From NCBI GenBank assembly GCA_958370785.1, contig CATXKN010000010.1, positions 7,035 through 71,034 of the forward strand: DNA of 64,000 nucleotides, read 5' to 3'. Shown piece after piece: positions 18,672 through 27,600 of this stretch; position 1 is the first letter of the stretch; each line of letters starts with the position of its first letter. The notes beneath the pieces were generated by a model. The model was not told the DNA's origin. It searched no databases and was given only the letters and a program-made list of their open reading frames with translations. The translations under genes were made by a program, and so were the position numbers. The stretch is from an uncultured Collinsella sp. (lineage in GTDB: Bacteria; Actinomycetota; Coriobacteriia; Coriobacteriales; Coriobacteriaceae).

Positions 18672-19448
18672 CTACGCAGCTAGCATGGGAACATAGGAGT
18701 CCTGATCGACGCCCCAAATAATTGGTGTCAGTCCGTAGTTTTTGCAAGCTTCGATAGACTCGGGTGGGACAAAACCATCTTTAGTGTTGGTGGAGTTTAG
18801 AAAAACAACTCCTTCGCAATCGTTGCGTGCCGACTTAATGTCTTCCCATCCAAATAGCGCGTTTTGAATTCCCTGCTTACCTGGATTATTTACCGTTTTA
18901 ATTAGGCGCATGGGCCTTCTTTTATTTTTGCCGATTGCATAGTCAAATTTAAACGAAAGTCCGGATCGGCCCTGGAAGGACGGCCCGAGTACATAAGGGA
19001 TTTCATTTTCGAGCAGCCAATTGCCGACATCTTCAGTGAAGAGGTTTCTCACGCTGCTTTGAGATAGCAAAAACATATCATCAACAGAGGCCATAGCTTG
19101 GAGAAGCATATTCATCTTCATGGGAAGATCCGTTGCAGAAGCCGTCATGCACAGTTCGCCATCTTTTTCCTTTACGGAAAAGCCGGATAGAATCGAATTC
19201 AGCTTTTCGATTCGCTGCCCTTTCATGGAGAATCCAGATAATTCAAGATCATTGATGGTTTCGCCAAGATCTGAAATGATATAGCCACCAGCTGGGTCGT
19301 CGCCAAGGTATACCCGCATGCAATCGTTGTTTCGATTGAGCATAGGCGTGGAGATGCAGACACCATTACCTTGCTGGACCGGCACCATATTTGCTTCTAC
19401 GAACTTGGCGTACGCGCTAATAAAGCCCCGAGCCTGTTCTACATTCAT
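18672..19448 (-). CDS. DUF1828/DUF1829 domain protein
   Basis: ISTPMLNRNND, SDLGETINDL, GRSGLSFKFDYAI, FGWEDI motifs. Confidence 0.78.
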   Translation of the reverse strand: MNVEQARGFISAYAKFVEANMVPVQQGNGVCISTPMLNRNNDCMRVYLGDDPAGGYIISDLGETINDLELSGFSMKGQRIEKLNSILSGFSVKEKDGELCMTASATDLPMKMNMLLQAMASVDDMFLLSQSSVRNLFTEDVGNWLLENEIPYVLGPSFQGRSGLSFKFDYAIGKNKRRPMRLIKTVNNPGKQGIQNALFGWEDIKSARNDCEGVVFLNSTNTKDGFVPPESIEACKNYGLTPIIWGVDQDSYVPMLAA

Positions 19449-19449
19449 C

Positions 19450-19971
19450 TCACACCCCCAAAGATAGCTCTACTTTAAGCTTGTCTGTAATATTACAAGT
19501 TTCCTGAAATGACCAAAAGAGCGATGCAAAATCGTAGCTCTTGGGTTTAAGAATATTCTGACTCGGAATGCCACAAGCCCATTTGGCACCGTATCCATCT
19601 AAATCAAAATGAACATGGGTACCAACGATCAGCGACCCGTCCGGATTCCTATGACGAAGGACCTCTGGGTTATCGCTATAGTCGAGACGAATCAATGGAC
19701 GATCTGATACGCGTGTCTGCATGGTGCTTTTTCTGTCAGCAGAAAGTCCAAGGATTAAGGATGAACTTCTTTTATTCTCAGTGAGATCAAGATAGAACTT
19801 AAGGGCTTTATTCTCATTGGCAACGAGTTCGATTAGCGTTTTATCTCCAGGCGCAGGCCATTGTTTACGATATTGCATATCGCGCACATCTTTGGACATC
19901 AAGATGTATTCGCGGGCAGTTGAATTCATGTCGTTCCAGGTGATGGCGTTCACAGCAGTTCCAATCCTCAC
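19450..19971 (-). CDS. DUF6978-like protein
   Basis: LIRLD...HRNPDG...GTHVH...FQETCNI; immediately upstream of the DUF1828 gene. Confidence 0.7.
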   Translation of the reverse strand: MRIGTAVNAITWNDMNSTAREYILMSKDVRDMQYRKQWPAPGDKTLIELVANENKALKFYLDLTENKRSSSLILGLSADRKSTMQTRVSDRPLIRLDYSDNPEVLRHRNPDGSLIVGTHVHFDLDGYGAKWACGIPSQNILKPKSYDFASLFWSFQETCNITDKLKVELSLGV

Positions 19972-20283
19972 GGCAATTGCCGAATAATCTCACCTTATGG
20001 TAAAGGCTCGTTGCGACAGAAATTTGAAGATATAGGGGAAGCGTTACTTTTAGGTGCTTCGTTCATTATGTGTGCATCATATCGGTCCAACAAGATGCAT
20101 CGATGCACCGACAGTAGCAAGGCGTGACCCCAGGAGCAAAGGAATTCTCGGTCCAAAAGACCTGCTCCCGTTCGGGAACCCAGCTTAATCCATCCCAAGT
20201 CAGCCTTGCTTTGGTCGGAACTATATCACCATGGGTTCAGGCTATGCTAGCCAGCGAGATATTTCCGATGCCCATCGTGGTAC

Positions 20284-20309
20284 AAAAAAGGTGAGGTACG
20301 TACCTCACC
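20284..20309 (-). terminator. Intrinsic terminator
   Basis: Perfect palindrome GGTGAGGTACGTACCTCACC followed by T6 on the minus strand. Confidence 0.65.
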
Positions 20310-20383
20310 AGTCTGACACTTCCGAGGCAATCGCCTCGTCGTTTATCGAATTTTCTCACACTCTAGAAGATTTTAGGGCTGGG

Positions 20384-20638
20384 TTAAGATGATCGGCGGC
20401 GTCCGGCATGCTCGAAGATGAGCGGCGCATTTGACCTGACGAACTCGGTTAAGAAATCCAGGTCATCAGCAGTAAATCCTTCGACGTTGAACCATTTGAC
20501 CGCAGGCAAGAAGCATTCCGCATGGTCAAAGCCAAAGTCAACCGGGCGCTCGACGGCTACGCGAACGGTTCCGTCTTCTCTTGTCTCTGAGTAGGCAAAC
20601 TGGGTGCCATCATCAAGCTGAACATAGCTCCAAAACAT
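20384..20638 (-). CDS. Small acidic hypothetical protein (84 aa)
   Basis: MFWSYVQLDDGTQFAYSE...; AAGG RBS; terminator downstream. Confidence 0.7.
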   Translation of the reverse strand: MFWSYVQLDDGTQFAYSETREDGTVRVAVERPVDFGFDHAECFLPAVKWFNVEGFTADDLDFLTEFVRSNAPLIFEHAGRRRSS

Positions 20639-20886
20639 GACTACCTTCTTATTGTTTGCATTTGAGTATAAAGAACGGAGTGGATTTAACACGAGGTGAA
20701 TTGAATTAATCCAATAAGACCCGAACCCTGCCGGCTGTCTGCACAAGCGATAGTCCTTGTTGCGGAAATGCATATGGCTGCACGTTAGACATTGTATGCA
20801 TGAAAAAGCAACGCTCCCTTGCCGAAAGCGTTGCCGTTAAAGCTCCTACAGAGCTCTTGTATTGCTGACAGATGCGTCGTACCGCA

Positions 20887-21981
20887 TCAGCAGCGATATG
20901 CGGCGCTCAGAAGCGCTGTCCCCAGCAGGAATATCGTTAAGGAGGCAGCTATCCAGTGGCTGTCGCCGGTCTTGGGAAGCGCCGGTGTTGTTGCCATAGT
21001 GGATTTGGGCTTGGTCGTCGTGGTGGCTGTTGTCTTGTTGACCGTCGTCTTGGGCGACGTTGCCGCGGGCTTCACCGCAGGATCCGTCGCCGGCCCCGCA
21101 CCGGGTTGCCCCGCAGCAGGGTCGGCGCCACCAGTAGGCTCGCCAGTGCCATCCCCCGGCACCTTGCCGCTGGGTGTAACGGTCTCCCCCGCCGGGGCGG
21201 TGGCGCCATCGGGCTCAATCACCACATGCGTGGCCACGGCCCCACCAGCATCTACCACGCTAGCAGCGCCAAAGGATCCGCCTGCAGGCGTCACAAAGTG
21301 CGCGGCCACGAGCGACCCGCGATCGCAGGCAATGCCGGCATCCGTACCAGTTGCATCCAGCCAGGACGCATCCACGACAAGCGTCTTGCTCGCCGCGTCT
21401 GTCCCAAATCCCTCGTCGAGCAAGCGCACGCCATAAAAGTGCAAGCCAGTATCGGAACCCGCGCCCACAGCAGCAAGGTGCCCGCCGCCGCGAACGGTCA
21501 AGCTACCTGCGGCAATGCCCGCCACGGTCTGACCAATAACGCCTGCCCCGTCGGCCCTGGCATCGACCGTGCAGCCGTCCACCACCAGCGCCTGGGCCAC
21601 ATGGATCCCGCATTGCGAACCCGTAGCCGTGAGCGAGCCAGAGCCGCGAAGCGTAAGGTTTCCCCACACCTCCATGCCGCTCATGGAAATGTCCGCATCA
21701 GGCGCATGCGTCTCGACCATGGAGTTTTGCCCCACAAGCGTCACCACCAGATTGCCATCGGCGCCGATGGCCTCGCCCGCATAGCCGGTTAGCTCAAGAT
21801 GTTCGGCATCGGTCCAAGCCCATCCGGGACCCGACACGCCCGGCTCGCAGTACGTGTCACCCGCAATGAACAGGCTGTCCGCACCCGCGGCATAAGAAGG
21901 TCCGCCCAGCAAAACGCATAGGCAGACCATGACAGTAAACAGGATGTAGTTTCGGCTAGTGTGGAACGCGGTGGCAAACAT
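20887..21981 (-). CDS. Sortase-anchored (LPXTG) surface protein
   Basis: Signal peptide, Gly-rich beta-repeat region, P/T/K-rich linker, LPKTG plus TM segment. Confidence 0.85.
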   Translation of the reverse strand: MFATAFHTSRNYILFTVMVCLCVLLGGPSYAAGADSLFIAGDTYCEPGVSGPGWAWTDAEHLELTGYAGEAIGADGNLVVTLVGQNSMVETHAPDADISMSGMEVWGNLTLRGSGSLTATGSQCGIHVAQALVVDGCTVDARADGAGVIGQTVAGIAAGSLTVRGGGHLAAVGAGSDTGLHFYGVRLLDEGFGTDAASKTLVVDASWLDATGTDAGIACDRGSLVAAHFVTPAGGSFGAASVVDAGGAVATHVVIEPDGATAPAGETVTPSGKVPGDGTGEPTGGADPAAGQPGAGPATDPAVKPAATSPKTTVNKTTATTTTKPKSTMATTPALPKTGDSHWIAASLTIFLLGTALLSAAYRC

Positions 21982-22276
21982 AACCGCTCCGATCTTCGCA
22001 AGAGCCAATGGAAACTGCGCCAGAAAAGTACCTGGTAGCAGCAGTTATCAGTGTAGCGATATCAAGCAAGGGACGATGAAGAAACCTGCGATCGAACCCC
22101 GAAATTAGGTGTAAATCGTTTTGCCAGTCGGTGAAAGGAGGACTGCTGCGATTGAGTACAGCAATTCTTAAGAGACTCCAGGCCACGTGCATCCTGGGAC
22201 ACGAGAATAACGGTTCCTGCTTTGCGGAATCGCAAACGCTCGTGACCAGTTCATCAATCAAAGCAATTTAATTGCA

Positions 22277-23785
22277 CTAGGAAAATAAGCCTCTATGCGA
22301 TTCGGCACACTGTTCAAGAAATGCGCCTGCTTGGCACAGTCGGCTTTGCGAATTTGTATGCATGACGTCATCGCCGGTATATAGATTGGCGAAGCTGGAT
22401 ATTGCTCCCGCCATTCCGATAAGGTGATTAATATCGGACTCAAGAGCGGATGAGTCGATTGAATACGGAAGGTTGAGAGCGTCTTCAGTCACCTTATCAG
22501 CAAGTTTTTTATTTTGCGCGCAAAGTGCCATTAGCTCGCTTTCGTCAATTCCTCCATTTAAAACGCGATTAAAAGCTGAGCTGATCTTTTCCATTAGATA
22601 GCTTGCCCTTACATATAAGCTCGAGAGCACCGAAGCTAACGCGGCTTTATCCATGCAGTGTTCCCGCTGACTTTGTTGAAGATCCCCGTAGCATTTCAAT
22701 CTTTCATATGAAAGAGAACCAAATTTAAGGCGAGCATTTTTATCGAGGCGAATGTGGGAGATAGAACTGTTTTCCCAATATACGCGCCATTTTGGGTTGT
22801 TTATCAGCAAGTCGGTACTTTTTGGAAATACGTCGAAAACGATACTTGTGAGGGGTTTATTAGCGAGGCTGCACTCCTCCTCCTCATTTTCGAATAAAGG
22901 GTTTCGTTCCATCTTCTCTATTATTTCAGGGGATTCAAGTATAGGCAGGATTTCTTCAATTTGAACCGTAAGGTCTTCGCCTAATAAAACGGAAACCCTA
23001 GCCCTGCGGTAGTCATTTGAATTCATGCTATTGGCGACAAAGTGGATGTTGGATTCATTAAAAAGATAGGGGCCAGATTTTTCAAACACCTTGCCCCTCG
23101 ATTTAAACACTCCGTCACAGGCATACATGTTGCGAACGATTGGGTGCATTACTTTATTTAACTCAATGCTGTTGTGAACGCCCATTGCGCAATTCATCAT
23201 TTCTATGGCAGCCGAAACTGGACAGTAAGGGCTATCAACATCATTAAAGCAGTCAAATGCAACCTTTAACACGCCAGTGAAGATGCTCGGACAATCGACG
23301 GCGCCGGCATAGGAACTCTCGCCCTTTTCAGAAGAAGCAATTAGCGTGTATCCCTTTGAAGAATGCTCAAGGAAATCATAGGAAGCCTCGCAAATGCTCG
23401 CTGATCCTGAACTGCATGAATCAAGAATTACTAAACCGTGAGGAAAGCTGTCTTCAAATATCTTAAGAATCGATGGCAGAGCAACCTGTCCACCATCTGT
23501 TCCGTACATTGTAAAAACTGCATTATCCCCAATGATCGAAGTGCCGCCGTGGCCTGAATAATAAAAAACGAACGACTCTTCATCCGCATTGTCTTTGCAA
23601 AATTGGGCAACCATCATCTCAAAGAACGGAGTCTCCAATTCGCCAGTTAGCTCTGTGATTTTGGCCCCATCAATGTTGAGTACTGTTCGGCAGAGTTTAT
23701 GCATTACACCTATATCGACCTTTGCTGAGGGCAAGAGATCCATATTCTCATAATCACCAAGGCTGATTAATAGTGCGCATGCCAT
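22277..23785 (-). CDS. Caspase-like (peptidase C14) protease with unknown C-terminal domain
   Basis: ALLISLGDY, FYYSGHG, VILDSCSSG (His/Cys dyad), SIFT; AGGAG RBS; AT-rich. Confidence 0.85.
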   Translation of the reverse strand: MACALLISLGDYENMDLLPSAKVDIGVMHKLCRTVLNIDGAKITELTGELETPFFEMMVAQFCKDNADEESFVFYYSGHGGTSIIGDNAVFTMYGTDGGQVALPSILKIFEDSFPHGLVILDSCSSGSASICEASYDFLEHSSKGYTLIASSEKGESSYAGAVDCPSIFTGVLKVAFDCFNDVDSPYCPVSAAIEMMNCAMGVHNSIELNKVMHPIVRNMYACDGVFKSRGKVFEKSGPYLFNESNIHFVANSMNSNDYRRARVSVLLGEDLTVQIEEILPILESPEIIEKMERNPLFENEEEECSLANKPLTSIVFDVFPKSTDLLINNPKWRVYWENSSISHIRLDKNARLKFGSLSYERLKCYGDLQQSQREHCMDKAALASVLSSLYVRASYLMEKISSAFNRVLNGGIDESELMALCAQNKKLADKVTEDALNLPYSIDSSALESDINHLIGMAGAISSFANLYTGDDVMHTNSQSRLCQAGAFLEQCAESHRGLFS

Positions 23786-23860
23786 GAACTATCTCCTATT
23801 GGTTGAATAATTTATGCCGGCCCATCCACCTATGTGTCACAGTTCTTGCGGTTCATGCGG

Positions 23861-24690
23861 TCATTTCTCAAAAGGTGACATCATTTTAATGGCCTCGTTC
23901 ACGTCATATCGATCCTTAATCTGGTCGACATGATTGCTCGACTCCGCTGACCAATAGATGCGACATCCATGTTCTTTTGCGGCTTTCTCTACGAGCTCCT
24001 TGCTAAAGACCCACCTCCATAACCGCGGCTGTTGGTAGTAGGCAGAAAGATGAAAGCCCTTTTCCACGGGGAAGCAAAACTGCTCGAACCAAGTAACTCG
24101 GTTTCCTAGCAAATCAACCCAAACTAGAGGATTGTCGATTTTCGGAATGAAGCCAAGCATCCTCATAGCACAGGAAGGGAATACCTGGCAATCGCAGAAC
24201 GTCATGGTTATGCAACCGGCCAGCGCATTGCACAAGGATACGCTGTTTCGGGAAAAGGAGGAGGCCATTCCCCCTCCTTCTGCCGACAGTAGTCCGTAGC
24301 ATCCGTACTCCCTATCAATAACGTCGTCTGGGTTTTTGCAATCAAACGACGTTATTCGAGCGGAGCCATAATACTCGTATTGTTCAGCTTGGCTCCCGTA
24401 TGGGATATACAGCTTCCAGCCTAGGCACGCCTCGCCCTCATTCAACTCGATCATGGGCAGTCTGGCCGCGACGTATTCTGCTTCTTCAATAACTCCAGCC
24501 TCGAATAACTCGATAGCCTTTGACACCCCGAATGCCACCGGGTCCTTAAAAAAGGGAAAATGCGAGAAGCACCATACGTCAGCAGGGTCCACAAGGATCG
24601 AAGCGGCAACGCAGCCCGGAATGGCCTGCCAACGCCCATGGCACATTTCAGCGTAGAGGAGCTCTTGGCCGTAATCCCTCTGTCCGCACG
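23861..24690 (-). pseudogene. Out-of-frame C-terminal part of the STAND NTPase gene
   Basis: This frame is open upstream of the listed ATG (…QRDYGQELLYAEMCHG…) and overlaps the tail of the large ORF. Confidence 0.65.
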
Positions 24691-27600
24691 CAGAAAAACG
24701 ACCCCGTCATTTTGCATGTACCGTTTAACAAACGGTCGTACCTCCCCTCCGCAACACGATTCCAGGGCACCTTTGACGTCCTCGCAGCTGTCTCCGCAAA
24801 AGACGTTAGCCTCCGATAGAAAGGTCGTTATTCTGGAAGGAGCCTCGCAGCTGCTGTCTTCGGTCAACTGTGGGTAGTCAATCCCGGGCTTGAGGATAAT
24901 CCCGGGTGCTCCGGAATAAATTGAGAGAAGGCAAGCCTCATCCGCCCTGTTCACCTTATCGATAAGCTTGGCGAAGCAATCCCGAATCACATCGTTTCCC
25001 GGGAAAGCGCGCAACCAGCGGCCGAGAACCTTTTCTAGCAAGATACGCTCATACGAGCGGAGATCTGCCAGCCTTTCGCACACGCGCTCTCTCATACTAT
25101 CCAAACGCAACCCGCCCCAGGCGATTCCCCGCACAGCGTTTTCTGTCCTATGCGGGTCCTCAGGGAGGATGGAATCGAGCAGGATGTCTGACACAAGCTC
25201 GGGCAACGATTCTGGTTCGGGCAAACCGGGCGTTCTCTTTTTCAAAGCAGTCAGATGGCACTTGCCATTGCAGGTCATCCACCTTCGCTTGCTGTCGCAC
25301 TCGAGCTCAAATATTACCTTGAAAAAAGCCGGGTTTCTCACCCTCGCTCTTACCATAATTGCGTGCATGATATCGTTTGGGGCAGCTCCAAAGCCGTATC
25401 TTTCTAGCCCGCGGTTCTTCCGCGATAGCAGTTTGAAAAAGAACTCGTCATCCGAGTAGCTCGCGATGCCGTCAATCAGTTCGGTTATAGATGTAGAGAA
25501 ATGAACCCATCCCTCTTCGCAAAGAGCAGCACCACGCGTTTCCACAAGGCTGTTAAAAACCTCACATTTATCTTGCCCACGAACGATCAACTCCGAGCAA
25601 GCACCGGCAACAGGCTCCCAATTCCAGCGATCAATCTCTTGGCGAAACGCGACGTCTTTAACCTCTTCATCCGATAGGTCACTGAGATCTCGAGGGGCAT
25701 CTGTGATGGGATTCTCAGCCTCAGATTTAAACGACTCGGTTCTTGGCGCGTCTTTGATGGCTCTCTCTATGTCAGAAACCTCGCTCTCGAAACCATCTCC
25801 GTATCCGAGTTCAACCGCCTTATTTCTGCATGTTTTAAGGCAGAAACGGAGTCCCTCTACATCCTCGGTCGAGCAACAAGACGAGTTCCCGAGCATGCCA
25901 GCAAAAACAGCCTGCACATCGCCTAAACACGCTGCGTTCGCCAGCAAAGACTTGAGTTGATGCTCGATAAGACTATGGTCATACCTATACTCCGGCTGCA
26001 GCGAGCGGATTCTTGACAATTGTGCGGGACCTTCACTCGCTGCCCAATCCGCCACCTTCTCCATCAGCACTCTAGACATCCTGTTGTCGCCCGATTGTGA
26101 TGCCGCATTGTCCAGCTCGAGCAAGTCAAAAGCTTGAGTTTCAGTTGCCATCCCGAAGTCGGAAAGCGTTTCGAAAGCCTCAACGAGATTGGACAAGGAG
26201 TAGTCCTTATGGTCGGTGAACCGAGCCGACCCAAAGAGGATAGCCTCATCGCAATGCATAGCAAGGTCTCGATCGCAAGAGACGAGCAAGGGCCTTAACA
26301 TGTCGTGAATCTCTATGGCATCCTGAGATGCAAGCAAAACTGATCCGTCCGGTCCGTATTCTTTCGAGAGATAGCGTCTAGGAATCTCGCTATCCATCGC
26401 CTGGAGATGTTCGAGCATCCTCAACTTTTCGCAGAGGGGCTTTCTAGAAAATATGAAGCCCTCTAGCTCTTTCTCCTCGAACGCTTTTGAACAAAGATCC
26501 ACGCCTTTCGTGGCAACGAATGCGATGTATGGCACGGCACATGTTTCCATAGTCAATAAGCCGGGCCAATGCGGAGCCTGTGCCCACTCCTCCAAAACGC
26601 GCGCCTCGCCGGTTCCTGGCAATATGGCCGCGTCGTGACCTACGGCATACCCGAGGCAGGCTGAGGCCCGCAACGTTCTGACAAGAGAAAGGTACTCTCT
26701 GTCGGAGCGATCCATCCAAGCGATCGACACGTCCATGTCCAGTGACATGGCATCGAAACCGACGCAGTCGGATTCATAACCGAAAATGAAGCTCTCTGCA
26801 AACAAGCCGAGGGTGAAGCCCTCACTATAGACATTTCCTTCCCTATGGCACAGCAATGGCTTGGGTCTGCCGGCACTAGACACGCGCAGCCCCTCTGACA
26901 AGCACAAGGCATAGGCCATTGTGCCGATTTCGAGTTTAAACGAGTGAGCCGAAAGCTTTGAGAAGAATGCACGTTGCGCAGCGCGCGATGCCGGAAGTGC
27001 TCCGGTCAGTAAATCGCGCATCATGTTCGTAGCTGCCTCTACCGTGATCGAAAGCCCAGCGATCTTAGAAAGGTCGTCGTCTTCCAGTGAAGACTGCATT
27101 AATAAACCCCTCACGAAGGCGTCCCGAAAACAGCACTGTAGATCATCCGCATCACCCCCGAGATCATCGGCGAACAGAAAATCGTCAAAATCGAGCCCAC
27201 GAGTCGCGGCGAGACAGCCCCATGCGGACATCAGCATGGAATTACCGTCGTCTTGCCTTATGACTCCGTCTCCCTCATTGGGATCCGACAATAAACTCAA
27301 TGCCGTTAGAGGGGAGAGACCAGAGAACCAGATGCCGTACAGCTCATCGCTCTGCTCCGTGCATCCGGCGTCTTTAAGCAACCAGAGACATCTTTCGAGC
27401 GTCGTCGCGTACAGGTTGGCCGTCTCCTTGTTGAGGGGCGGAACCATGTAATCCATGCCCACCAATTCCTCGAAGTGCAGAAAGGGCCTGCGCTCGAGCC
27501 AATACTCGAAGTGCTCATTTACCTGTGAAAGGGTCGAAAGAGCAAGTTGGACCCTAAGCACGTTTTCCATCTCTCCCGATTCACACGCCATTTCATATAC

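Noticed and set aside
20887..20900. Premature stop in the LPXTG protein (only one basic residue after the TM segment)
   Set aside because: Read-through sequence gives no basic tail; cannot be judged without homologs
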